The translations under genes and the position numbers were made by a program. Below the pieces are notes generated by a model. That model did no database searches, was not told the DNA's origin, and saw only the letters and a program-made list of their open reading frames with translations. DNA of 51,978 bases from the sequence record DRR378314_947, one strand, 5' to 3'. Numbering within the stretch: the stretch's first letter is position 1; every line of letters starts with the position of its first letter. This document shows positions 39,035 through 49,792 of the stretch, in pieces.

Positions 39035-40324
39035 TTATTTAAAGACAGCGGATGAATTATCCAGACTGTCAGAACCTTCGATTTCAATATCGCCATATCC
39101 CAGTGTGGTGACAATGCGTTCGATCACACGGGTCTGGGCGATCAGGCCATCAATGGCGTCTTGCACAACGGCATTGCCAACCGGATTATTCTCACCGATC
39201 ATCTGATCATAAGCTTCAATGCTTTCTGCACGGGCTTTCATGACTGACATGGCAACCACTGTTGCGCTTAGCTTGCCGCGCATTTCACTATCCAAAGACG
39301 CATCCTTGGCGGTGACCAGATCCGCCAGTGAAGCTCCGGAGACAATCGATCCATCCAACCGCTTATAGGTCCCCAGGTAGACATTCTGAATACCAATCTG
39401 GTCAAAATAATGGGAATTATGCGTGTTGTCGGAAAAACAATCATGTTCTTCTTCCGGGTCTTTCAACAACAGGCCCAGCTTCATGCGCTCACCCGCCAGT
39501 TCGCCATAAGACAGAGATCCCATCCCTGTCAGCATGGCAGTCACGCCAGCTTCGGGTTGACTGGTCACGGCATTGCGCGCCTCCCCCCCCTCTTTCCAGG
39601 CAGCGACAATATCTTTAAGGTCACTGATCAGCAGATCCGCTACCGCCAGCAAATACTCATTGCGCCGCTCACAATTGCCGCCTGTGCAGTTTTGAACATC
39701 AAAATCGGTGTACGGCCGATTACCGGCACCGGCACCCGTTCCGTTCAAATCCTGCCCCCACAGCAGAAATTCAATCGCGTGATAACCTGTTGCCACATTG
39801 GCTTCCACCTCTTCGGCTTCGTGCAGGGACTCTGCCAGAAGTTTTGGGGTGATCTTGCTGGCATCTACTTCCTGACCGCTCACCGTCAGCTTTCTGTTGG
39901 CAATGATATTAACGGTGTAGAGCGCGTTTGCATCTGAGGCATCGCCATAGGATCCATCCACATAGTCGATCAGACCTTCATCCAGCGGCCAGGCATTAAC
40001 CTTGCCTTCCCAGTCATCAACAATGGCATTGCCAAACCGGTAAGCTTCGCTTTGCTGATACGGTGCGCGCGCTGCAATCCAGGCGGCTTTTGCCGCAGAT
40101 AGCGTCGCCGCAGACGGCGCTTCGGTCAAGGCAACCAATGCCGCCTTCAACGCTTCGGCACTTGCCAGACTGTCGCCGTAGATGGCTTCTGCAATATCGG
40201 CATAATTCTGGGTTACCGCTGCAATATCGGGCTTGCCATCCGCCATTGCGGTCAGCGGCATGGCGGCAACCCCCATGGCTAGAATTCCCATAAATGTACC
40301 TGCGACAGATGTCTTGAGTCCCAT
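39035..40324 (-). CDS. Imelysin / iron-regulated protein A (IrpA-like, GxHxxE type)
   Basis: VNAWPLDEGLIDY, NVATGYHAIEFLLWGQD, EEEHDCFSDNTH. Start at ATG 40324 after GGGAG. Confidence 0.93.
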   Translation of the reverse strand: MGLKTSVAGTFMGILAMGVAAMPLTAMADGKPDIAAVTQNYADIAEAIYGDSLASAEALKAALVALTEAPSAATLSAAKAAWIAARAPYQQSEAYRFGNAIVDDWEGKVNAWPLDEGLIDYVDGSYGDASDANALYTVNIIANRKLTVSGQEVDASKITPKLLAESLHEAEEVEANVATGYHAIEFLLWGQDLNGTGAGAGNRPYTDFDVQNCTGGNCERRNEYLLAVADLLISDLKDIVAAWKEGGEARNAVTSQPEAGVTAMLTGMGSLSYGELAGERMKLGLLLKDPEEEHDCFSDNTHNSHYFDQIGIQNVYLGTYKRLDGSIVSGASLADLVTAKDASLDSEMRGKLSATVVAMSVMKARAESIEAYDQMIGENNPVGNAVVQDAIDGLIAQTRVIERIVTTLGYGDIEIEGSDSLDNSSAVFK

Positions 40325-40381
40325 TTTCTCACTCCCGAGAAGTTGCATATGTTGTGGCTTGGCTTCATTCCCATTGATTAT

Positions 40382-40400
40382 GGGAATGACAATCATTCTT
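40382..40400. promoter_or_regulatory. Fur-box-like operator
   Basis: GGGAATGACAATCATTCTT matches GATAATGATAATCATTATC at 14/19 and lies ~60 nt upstream of the imelysin operon. Confidence 0.75.
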
Positions 40401-40477
40401 AAATACAGGACGAACGTTATGACATCTTTTCCCCGCCGGCTACAACCGAATTCTCGCAAAATGAAGGTGGGTGCGAC

Positions 40478-40512
40478 AAAAAAGCCGGCTGGAAGATCCC
40501 AGGCCGGCTTTT
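40478..40512 (-). terminator. Rho-independent terminator of the second TRAP operon
   Basis: A6-GCCGGC...GCCGGC-T4. Confidence 0.8.
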
Positions 40513-40535
40513 AGGTATAGATCGCTCAGATCAGC

Positions 40536-41873
40536 TTATAACAAACTGGGTAGCCATAGCGTGATCTGGGGGAACACAATCAGCAACACAAGTGTCAGCA
40601 CGTCCATCAGCAGGAACCAGCTGATTCCCTTGAAGATTGTCTCCAGACGCACCGTATCACCGACCACCCCTTTGAGGACATACACATTCAGTCCCACCGG
40701 CGGCGTTATCAAACCGATCTCCAGAAACTTCACCATGATCACGCCAAACCAGATCAGGTCATACCCCAACTGTTCGACCACCGGGGTCACAACCGGCAGA
40801 GTCAACAACATGATGCCCAGCGGATCCATGAAGGTTCCCAGGATGATATAAACAAGCGACAGGGCCAGCAAAATCCCAATCGGTGGCAGATCCAGTGTTA
40901 TCGCCCAGTCAGCAAGAACATTGGCCACACCGGTAATGGCAATAAATCCGACAAAGATTTTCGCCCCAAGCACCACTGCAAAGATACTGCTGATCTGTGT
41001 GATGGTTTCGACCAGGGCTGTTCGGGTGTTGTTTCTGTTCAGGCGTTTTGAAATAAAACCAAGCGCCCAGGCACCGATCGCCCCAATGGCCGCGGCTTCT
41101 GTCGCGGTGACAAAACCGGTATAGATGCCGCCCATGATCAGGGTGAACAGAATAATGATCGACCAGGTCCCTTTCAGGGAATGAACCTTCTCACTCCAGC
41201 TCGCTTTTTCAGGGGTCGGGGCCAGTTCCGGCTTCAGGGAGACCCGAACCCAAATCATGCCCATGTAAATCAGGGCTGATAAGAGCCCTGGAATAAAGCC
41301 AGCCATCAAAAGCGCACTGATCGATTGCTCGGTAAAAATACCGTAGAGGATCATCAGAATACTTGGCGGGATGAGAGAGCCCAGCGTGCCACTTGCCGCG
41401 ACAACACCGGTGGCAAGCCCCTTGTCATATTTGTAACGAAGCATTTCCGGGACGGCCAGCTTACCCATGGCTGCGGCAGTTGCCAGGCTGGAGCCACTGA
41501 CGGCGGCAAACATGGCACAACCGGCAACAGATGCCATGGCCAGTCCGCCCTTCAGGCCGCCCAGCCACATCCGCGCCGTATTATAGATATCCTTGGTGAA
41601 ACCCGCATGAAAAGCCACATAGCCCATCAACAGGAACAGCGGCACCGCCACCAGGGAAAAGGAGGCAATGAAGGAAAACGGCTCGAAACTCAGAAAAGCC
41701 CAGGCTGCGTTAAACCCACGCTCCAGGTTCATTTCGCTTCCTTCTGGCCAGCCAATTGCCAGGATCAGGCCAACGAAACCGACCAGACCCAAAGCATATG
41801 CGATCGGTACCCGCAGAAAAATCAATAGAAGCAGGATAACCAGTCCTGCAACACCCAAAATAAGAGGATCCAT
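40536..41873 (-). CDS. dctM: TRAP transporter large permease DctM
   Basis: SGTLGSLIPPS, TATEAAA, GLITPPVGLN. Confidence 0.95.
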   Translation of the reverse strand: MDPLILGVAGLVILLLLIFLRVPIAYALGLVGFVGLILAIGWPEGSEMNLERGFNAAWAFLSFEPFSFIASFSLVAVPLFLLMGYVAFHAGFTKDIYNTARMWLGGLKGGLAMASVAGCAMFAAVSGSSLATAAAMGKLAVPEMLRYKYDKGLATGVVAASGTLGSLIPPSILMILYGIFTEQSISALLMAGFIPGLLSALIYMGMIWVRVSLKPELAPTPEKASWSEKVHSLKGTWSIIILFTLIMGGIYTGFVTATEAAAIGAIGAWALGFISKRLNRNNTRTALVETITQISSIFAVVLGAKIFVGFIAITGVANVLADWAITLDLPPIGILLALSLVYIILGTFMDPLGIMLLTLPVVTPVVEQLGYDLIWFGVIMVKFLEIGLITPPVGLNVYVLKGVVGDTVRLETIFKGISWFLLMDVLTLVLLIVFPQITLWLPSLL

Positions 41874-41884
41874 AAGACGTGTTC

Positions 41885-42394
41885 CTAGTGGTCAGGATAA
41901 TGTGATTTTTGGACTGAAGAAGGGCCTTCCATGAGGGCCTTGATCAAATCCATGACAAGTTTCAGGGTCAACAGGCCCGTTCCGACGGTGACAGACGCGC
42001 GCGCCGGCCAGGAGGGAACGTCCAGAAGGCCGTCAAATACGGCATCATCTTCAAAAGCGAGTGACGCATCCCCGAAGGAAGAGACCGTCACTATCGACAT
42101 GAAGGCAATGCCGACGACCAGGCCCAGCAACTCACAAAAATACTGCCCTCTTTGTGACATCATATCCGTCAGGATCGTCACAGACAGATGCTCTTTCTGA
42201 TATTGCACAAACGCAAATGGGATAAAGACAACGACCACCAGAAGGGCCTGCATGATCACAACATCATCGGGCAAGGAGGCGCTGAAAAAATACCGGCCAC
42301 AAACGGACACGGTAATAAAAATCATCATAAACATAAGCACGGCCATTCCGATAACGGCGAACGCCTTGCTTATCATGTCTACAATCTTGAACAT
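41885..42394 (-). CDS. dctQ: TRAP transporter small permease DctQ
   Basis: 169 aa, 4 TM segments, GRYFF, HLSV. Confidence 0.9.
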   Translation of the reverse strand: MFKIVDMISKAFAVIGMAVLMFMMIFITVSVCGRYFFSASLPDDVVIMQALLVVVVFIPFAFVQYQKEHLSVTILTDMMSQRGQYFCELLGLVVGIAFMSIVTVSSFGDASLAFEDDAVFDGLLDVPSWPARASVTVGTGLLTLKLVMDLIKALMEGPSSVQKSHYPDH

Positions 42395-42458
42395 TTACAC
42401 ACCTGTAAGGCAAATAAAGGGATGCAGCGAATTTGCTACATCCCCATTGAGACAGATC

Positions 42459-43532
42459 TTAGCGATCCCAAGGATAACCTTTGGTTTTCAGCTCGTTTTC
42501 ATACTTGGCCCGAACTTCTTCGAACTTCTTGATAAACGCATCGCCATCAACGCCTTTTTTGGCAACCTGCTTTTTCCAGTCAGCGGTGTAACCGGACGCG
42601 GCTTCTTTCCAAACATCGATGTCACTCACCTGATGGAATTCAACTTTATGCCCATCAATACCGGCTTCCATGGTGGATTGAGCGGATTTTTCAGCTTCAA
42701 CGAAGCGACGTCCATACTCATCCATGAATTCCAGACCCAGCTGGTCAAAGATCTTCTTATGTTGATCAGAAAAGCTGTTATAGAGGTTCAGGTTGATCGC
42801 CGCGCCATAGCCCAGCACCTGACCCATTCTCAGGATCGAAAAGTGTTCGGCAACTTCATACATCTTATAGGCTTTGGCCAGCGCGATGTAGTTTGTTGTC
42901 GCATCAACAGTTCCCCGGTCCAGAGCCTGATACAGTTCACCGAACCCGATATTTACAGGGGATGCGCCCAACTGCTTGAACATATCGACCCAGCCACCGC
43001 TGACACGGACTTTTTTGCCATCAATGTCTTTGGCAGATTTAATCGGCGATTTGGACAGCAGATCAACAGGACCTGTTGTGTAGTTGGTGAAGATTTTGAT
43101 ATTGCGTTTTTTGGCTTCAGCCTGAAGCTCATCAGTTGTCTGACGAAGCTCATACCAGGTGCGCATCCCAACCCAGGGATCGCTCACACCAAAAGGCGCG
43201 TTTGCATAATTCCAGACCGGAAGCTCGCGAGGGGTGTAAATCCCCATAACGGTTCCAACTTCAGCCAGACCCGCACCAACGGCTTTCAGGTTTTCTTTGG
43301 CTTTGACAAGCGACTGTGACCAGAAGAACTTTACGGTAATCTCACCATCAGTCCGTTTGGCCAGTTCATCTGCCCACCATTGCAGTGTTTCTGCACGTGG
43401 ACCCCGAGGCGGGCCAAGCTCACTGAAGCGAAGCTCAACTGCCTGGACAATCGAAGCTGACAAACCCAGCAGCATTGCACCGGCTGCCGCCGTTGCCATT
43501 GCTTTTTTGGTTGTTCGAATAAATTTAAGCAT
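42459..43532 (-). CDS. dctP: TRAP transporter substrate-binding protein DctP
   Basis: Signal peptide, DGKKVRV, ELYQALDRGTVD. Confidence 0.92.
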   Translation of the reverse strand: MLKFIRTTKKAMATAAAGAMLLGLSASIVQAVELRFSELGPPRGPRAETLQWWADELAKRTDGEITVKFFWSQSLVKAKENLKAVGAGLAEVGTVMGIYTPRELPVWNYANAPFGVSDPWVGMRTWYELRQTTDELQAEAKKRNIKIFTNYTTGPVDLLSKSPIKSAKDIDGKKVRVSGGWVDMFKQLGASPVNIGFGELYQALDRGTVDATTNYIALAKAYKMYEVAEHFSILRMGQVLGYGAAINLNLYNSFSDQHKKIFDQLGLEFMDEYGRRFVEAEKSAQSTMEAGIDGHKVEFHQVSDIDVWKEAASGYTADWKKQVAKKGVDGDAFIKKFEEVRAKYENELKTKGYPWDR

Positions 43533-43977
43533 GCGTTTACTCCCACTCGTAATATTAATAATTCAGTTGGATGGAAAGCCCGCTACAGCACCTTGCCGTA
43601 GCTGCATTTCCTGGGGATTGAAGTTCGGTGCCGGGGGGCACCTGATGCCTTGTGTTTTCTTCTTGATTATTGATTTCGCGCCACTCTAGGCATTCCCTAT
43701 TTTGGTGTCAAAGGCATTGTTTAGAAGAAAACAATTTTTTTTAGGGAATATTTTTACGATATATACGGGCGAAATGAATTACATCGAAAATAGATAATAT
43801 TTTTCAATGCATTACAGATATGAGTTTACATATAACAGTTTTATATCAAACAAAACTTATTAAGAAAAATATGTTGAAAAACGCCTGAAAACAGTAAAAT
43901 TTGGCCCCAAATTTATTGACCTTTCAGACAGGTTTTCATGCGCCCGATCGTCAAAAACATCGTCCGTCTTTCCAACA

Positions 43978-44169
43978 TCAATTTGCGTTGCACTCCCCCC
44001 ATATGACGGTTTGATATAGATGTTGATACGGATCGTTCCAGATGGTCTTCAGATAAGTCGGTGAACCCAGATCCGCTTGAAAGTCATCTGGCGCTGCCGA
44101 CACGTCTGCCGTCCAAGACCGGATCACGAAAGACATCACAGACGCTGAACCATCTACCCATCCCATCAC
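43978..44169 (-). CDS. Possible small hypothetical protein
   Basis: 63-codon ORF right after rodA; no clear RBS and no recognised family. Confidence 0.2.
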   Translation of the reverse strand: MMGWVDGSASVMSFVIRSWTADVSAAPDDFQADLGSPTYLKTIWNDPYQHLYQTVIWGECNAN

Positions 44170-44215
44170 GTCAGGGTTGAGGGGACGGCTTCACGGCGCG
44201 TTCAAAACTTGAAGA

Positions 44216-45355
44216 TCAATATTTTTTGGGATGGATTTCAACATCCCGATGCACATAAACGCTGATGATCAAACCAAAGCTGATCAGCAGGGTCAACATG
44301 GATGTCCCGCCATAAGAAATCAGGGGCAATGGAACCCCGACCACGGGGACCAGTCCCATCACCATGGCAATGTTGATGAACACATAAAGGAAAAACACGC
44401 CTGTCAGTCCCAGCGCCAACAATCGCCCAAACTGGTTGCGGGATCGAAACGCGATCGCATACCCATAGGCGATTAGCAGGATATAAAGGGCAAACAGGAT
44501 CAGCCCGCCAACCATGCCAAATTCTTCAGCCAGCATACTGAAGATAAAGTCCGTCCGCATCTCCGGCAGATAATTCAGATGGCTTTGCGTTCCCTGAACA
44601 AATCCCTTGCCAAAAATCCCGCCAGAGCCCAGCGCAATCTTGGACTGCATAATATGATAGCCCGCCCCCAGCGGATCGGATTCCGGGTTGAGGAATATCA
44701 AGATCCGTTTCTGTTGATATTCGTGCAGAAACTGATAGGCGAAAAACCCTGACGGGACCGCAACCCCGATCACCGCCGCAAATTTCCACCACGCCACACC
44801 GGCGGCAAAAAACACAATACCGCCGCCCGCAGCCAACAGCAAAGCGGTTCCAAGATCCGGCTGCCGCAGCACCAAAAGGGCTGGCATCGCAACCAGTGCA
44901 AGCGGTGGAACCAACCACCGAAACCGCCGAACATCCTCAATCGACAGACCATGAAAATAGCGCGCCAGCGCCATCACCAGCGTAATTTTCATCACTTCAG
45001 AAGGCTGTAGCTGAATAGGCCCAACTTCGACCCAGCGCCGCGCACCCATCCCGATAACGCCCATCACCTCAACGGCACCCAACATCATCAGGGCAATAAA
45101 ATAAAGCGGATAGGCAAGACGCAACCAGATCCGGATATCTGTCAGCGCCACCACCAGCATGATGACCAAACCGGCGGCAAAGCGGATCATTTGGCGGGAC
45201 GCCCAGGGCTGGACATTGCCATCGGCCGCTGAATACAGCATCAGAAAACCAACCGACGCCGTTACGCAAATCAGCAGAACCAATCCCCAATTGATATCCC
45301 AGATTTTGCGGGCAAGCGGAACATTCCGCTCCGGAGCACCAAGCTCTCTAAGCAT
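44216..45355 (-). CDS. rodA: Rod shape-determining protein RodA
   Basis: GARRW..., QPSEVMK, QPDLGTA, GYHIMQSKIALGSGG, PLISYGG. Start at ATG 45355. Confidence 0.97.
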   Translation of the reverse strand: MLRELGAPERNVPLARKIWDINWGLVLLICVTASVGFLMLYSAADGNVQPWASRQMIRFAAGLVIMLVVALTDIRIWLRLAYPLYFIALMMLGAVEVMGVIGMGARRWVEVGPIQLQPSEVMKITLVMALARYFHGLSIEDVRRFRWLVPPLALVAMPALLVLRQPDLGTALLLAAGGGIVFFAAGVAWWKFAAVIGVAVPSGFFAYQFLHEYQQKRILIFLNPESDPLGAGYHIMQSKIALGSGGIFGKGFVQGTQSHLNYLPEMRTDFIFSMLAEEFGMVGGLILFALYILLIAYGYAIAFRSRNQFGRLLALGLTGVFFLYVFINIAMVMGLVPVVGVPLPLISYGGTSMLTLLISFGLIISVYVHRDVEIHPKKY

Positions 45356-47270
45356 CCTTTTCCCCTTCTGGTTTCGGGGTTTCGGACACCTTGTTCTCCT
45401 GGGCGCCGGTCCGCGCAGAATTAAGGCGCATGGCCTCCTGCAGGAGATCCCGGGCGATCGGTGCCGCGGCTTTGGATCCACTGCCGCCATGCTCCACAAT
45501 GACAGAGACCGCATAGCGGGGCTCATCATAAGGGGCGTAAGCGACAAACAGCGCGTGATCCCGGTATTCCCAGGGTTTCTCGTCTGATTTAAGAACGCCT
45601 GTCAGCCGCTCTTTCTTGGAAATCCGGCGCACCTGCGCCGTGCCGGACTTACCCGCCATTTTCCAGTCATTATCCGGCTTGACACCCCGGCCCGTGCCTT
45701 TTTTCCCATTGATCACCGCATACATTCCGTTCAAAACGCTGCGAAGCGCGGCCTGATCAACCCCCATATCCGGGGCTGGCGGTTGCTTGGGGATTTCCGG
45801 CTCCTGTCCTTCCTTGGCATTCAGGACATGATATTTCTGCTTGATCAGTCGGGGCGTGACTTTCTTTCCACCATTGGCCATACGAGCGGTCATCAGGGCC
45901 AACTGCAACGGTGTCGTCAGCACATAACCCTGCCCGATGCCGGCATTAAACGTATCGCCAACCTGCCAGCGTTCCCCGCGTACTGCCTGTTTCCAGTTGG
46001 TTGACGGGATCAATCCGCGTTTTTCCCCATATAGATCCAGCCCCTGCTTATCGCCCAGGCCAAAGCGTTCCGCCATCTCGGCAATTCGGTCAATCCCGAC
46101 TTTTCGGGCAATATCATAGAAATACACATCACAAGACTGCTCAATTGCCTGGCGCAGGTTCATCTTGCCATGACCACCCCGTTTCCAGCAATGGAACTTA
46201 TGCCGCCCAAGGGTCGTGTGGCCGCCGCAGAAAGTGGTGTATTCCGGGGAAATCACACCGGCCTCTACCGCAGCCAGCGCAACAATCATCTTAAAGGTGG
46301 ATCCGGGCGGATATTGTCCAGCCACCGCTTTGTTACTCAGCGGATGCTTGGGGTTGGATTGCAACTCCCGCCACTCGCGAACGCTGATACCCGTTGTGAA
46401 ACTGTTGGGATCAAAACTTGGCACGGATACCATCGACAAGACATCGCCGGTATGTACGTCCATAACAACGGCAGCGGCACTTTCCTCGCCCATACGGCGG
46501 GCAGCATATTGCTGCAACTTGGCATCAATGGTCAGTTCAACATCAGCCCCCGCGTTGCCTTCCTGGCGGTTCAGCTCGCGAATAACCCGGCCATAGGCGT
46601 TGGCCTCAACCCGGCTGGTGCCGGCTGTCCCGCGAAGCGCCTGATCATAGAATTTTTCGATCCCGTTCTTGCCGATTTTAAAACCCGGCAATTCCAAAAG
46701 CGGGTCGGGCGGCAGGTTTTTCAAATCCCGCTCTGACACAGATCCGACATAACCCACGGTATGCGCAAATAAGGGCCCATACGGGTAATGGCGAGTCTCC
46801 CCCACATCCAGTTGGATCCCGGGCAATTCCGGGCTATGGATATTAATCCGGGAAAACTCTTCCCAGCTTAGATTTTCCATGACAGGAATGGGCACAAAGC
46901 CGCGCTTTCGGCTGGTCTCTTTCAAGACCCGCTCCCGATCAGAGGGGGAAACCGGGACCAGTTGCGACAACCGGTCCAGTGTTCTTTCCACACTTTGGGT
47001 TTGTTCGCGGATCAACACCACCCGATAATTTTGCCTGTTGCTGGCCACTTCCACCCCGAAACGGTCGTCAATACGCCCGCGCAGTGGTGCCAGTAGCCGG
47101 ATATTCATCCGGTTTTCATTGGCCATCGTGGCATATTCGTCAGACTGGATAACCTGCAGATAATAAAGACGGCCGGCCAGAACAGACATCAGCGCCGCCT
47201 GCCCGCCTGCCAAAATCAGTGATCGACGGGTAAAGGTACCGACTTTTTCTTTATTTCGGGCTCGGGACAT
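45348..47270 (-). CDS. mrdA: Penicillin-binding protein 2
   Basis: SxxK (PGSTFK), SCD and KSG motifs; N-terminal TM segment. Confidence 0.97.
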   Translation of the reverse strand: MSRARNKEKVGTFTRRSLILAGGQAALMSVLAGRLYYLQVIQSDEYATMANENRMNIRLLAPLRGRIDDRFGVEVASNRQNYRVVLIREQTQSVERTLDRLSQLVPVSPSDRERVLKETSRKRGFVPIPVMENLSWEEFSRINIHSPELPGIQLDVGETRHYPYGPLFAHTVGYVGSVSERDLKNLPPDPLLELPGFKIGKNGIEKFYDQALRGTAGTSRVEANAYGRVIRELNRQEGNAGADVELTIDAKLQQYAARRMGEESAAAVVMDVHTGDVLSMVSVPSFDPNSFTTGISVREWRELQSNPKHPLSNKAVAGQYPPGSTFKMIVALAAVEAGVISPEYTTFCGGHTTLGRHKFHCWKRGGHGKMNLRQAIEQSCDVYFYDIARKVGIDRIAEMAERFGLGDKQGLDLYGEKRGLIPSTNWKQAVRGERWQVGDTFNAGIGQGYVLTTPLQLALMTARMANGGKKVTPRLIKQKYHVLNAKEGQEPEIPKQPPAPDMGVDQAALRSVLNGMYAVINGKKGTGRGVKPDNDWKMAGKSGTAQVRRISKKERLTGVLKSDEKPWEYRDHALFVAYAPYDEPRYAVSVIVEHGGSGSKAAAPIARDLLQEAMRLNSARTGAQENKVSETPKPEGEKDA

Positions 47271-47786
47271 CTAAATATGCCTTAGCAAACTGCCCTGGAT
47301 GAGGGCAAAACACCAAACCACGGGCGGGAATAACAAAACGGTCAATCCATACTGGACCAGCACCGGCAGGATCGGCAGCAGGCTGAAGGAAATCAGACAG
47401 GCTGTAATCCAGGAAAAAATCGCAATCGACGCGCCGACCAGTAAAAACCCCCACCAGGTCAACACAAATGCCTTACCCACAAAGACCTGCCGCTGGGTCA
47501 GGGCAATGCCATGAACCACCAGAAGGGTCAGGGAACTTAACCCCATAGGCGTTCCGGTCAGGATATCAAATAAAAGCCCCAGCAGAAAAACCATCGGTGC
47601 CGGCAACAGATACGGGCGATGCAGGCTCCAGTAAAACACGGCAATCATTAAAAAGGCCGGGGTTACGGCGGCATATCCACTAATTCGAATGGGAACCACG
47701 CTCAGCAAAATCAACAGGAAAGACAGCAGGAACGGAATACTGCCCCTGGCCAATCTGTTGATCTGATATGAGATGGTGGGCGTCAC
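47271..47786 (-). CDS. mreD: Rod shape-determining protein MreD
   Basis: Hydrophobic; FYWSLHRP, LGLLFDILTG; lies between mreC and mrdA. Confidence 0.92.
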   Translation of the reverse strand: MTPTISYQINRLARGSIPFLLSFLLILLSVVPIRISGYAAVTPAFLMIAVFYWSLHRPYLLPAPMVFLLGLLFDILTGTPMGLSSLTLLVVHGIALTQRQVFVGKAFVLTWWGFLLVGASIAIFSWITACLISFSLLPILPVLVQYGLTVLLFPPVVWCFALIQGSLLRHI

Positions 47787-47801
47787 TGGCGTGTCACCTT
47801 A

Positions 47802-48692
47802 TCAATTAACTAATTGGCTTTCACCAAGGTCACCAGGATTGGTGTGTTTATCTGTAAGACCCGGCAAGTCGTAGCGCAGCACGCTGACATGCTCCAGCCG
47901 TGACCAATCGGTATAGGCTTGCACCCGAACCTGCCCTTCCACAACGGACGACACAATTCCGATCGGCCAGCCAGCAGGCAAAAGTCCGCCATCCCCGCTG
48001 GTCACCACCCGATCACCGGCTGAAACCTGAGCATTGGTTGGCAGGAATTCCAGTTTGGGAGACGATGAGTTGTCGCCCACCAGAATGCCTTTATACCGGG
48101 AATTTTCCAGCGCCACCGGAATGCGGGAGTTCAAATCGGTCAGCAGCAGCACACGGGCAGACTGATGTCCAACCTCGACCACCCGACCAATCACACCATG
48201 CGGTCCGATCGCGGCCTGACCAACCCGCACACCGTCCAATGTGCCGGCGCCCAACAGCATGGTCCGCACAAACGGCCCCCCGCTATCGCCAACGACACGC
48301 GCGGTAATCGGCAGAACCAGCGGATCTTCCAGCGCGTTCAGCATTTGACGGTAGTAATCATTTTCCTTGTCCAATATCCGGCTGATGGATTGCCATTTCA
48401 GCAACCGCTCATTCTGTTGGCGCAACCGCTCGTTCTCTTCAACCAGGCTGGCCAGTTCCTGAACCCGTTCAATCCCCTTGTTCAGGGCATTAATGGGTTG
48501 GGATAAGGTACTTAAAACCGGGGACAGGGTATCCGTACTGATGGTGCGAACCCGCTCCATCAGCACCAGATCGACTTTACCCAGAACCAACAGGACGATG
48601 GACAGGCAGATCAGGGACATAAAGGCAAAACGCTGAAAAAATACTTTCAACGGGATCGCCAGTTTCCAGGCTGAATCCTGCTCTAAAGCCAT
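47802..48692 (-). CDS. mreC: Rod shape-determining protein MreC
   Basis: Coiled coil EENERLR, VLLLTDLNSRIPV, VVTSGDGG. Confidence 0.95.
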   Translation of the reverse strand: MALEQDSAWKLAIPLKVFFQRFAFMSLICLSIVLLVLGKVDLVLMERVRTISTDTLSPVLSTLSQPINALNKGIERVQELASLVEENERLRQQNERLLKWQSISRILDKENDYYRQMLNALEDPLVLPITARVVGDSGGPFVRTMLLGAGTLDGVRVGQAAIGPHGVIGRVVEVGHQSARVLLLTDLNSRIPVALENSRYKGILVGDNSSSPKLEFLPTNAQVSAGDRVVTSGDGGLLPAGWPIGIVSSVVEGQVRVQAYTDWSRLEHVSVLRYDLPGLTDKHTNPGDLGESQLVN

Positions 48693-48739
48693 ACCCCAAA
48701 CTCCCAACTACGGTCCATCTACACTCCCGCTTTTCTGGA

Positions 48740-49792
<1,053 letters not shown>

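Noticed and set aside
38977-39114. Long N-terminal extensions in the ORF track (DHOR, imelysin, rodA, sulP, dctP, maoC, rpmJ)
   Set aside because: They overlap upstream genes or regulatory DNA. Downstream ATGs with an RBS or signal peptide are better starts.
42252-43319. 355-codon + strand ORF antisense to dctP/dctQ
   Set aside because: Shadow frame of a well-supported gene, with no motifs or RBS. The same applies to the many other antisense ORFs in the track (e.g. 11740-12420, 16629-17279, 50401-51156).
43753-43775. TTTACGATATATACG resembling the IclR boxes
   Set aside because: It does not fit TTCG-N6-CGAA and is too degenerate in an AT-rich context.
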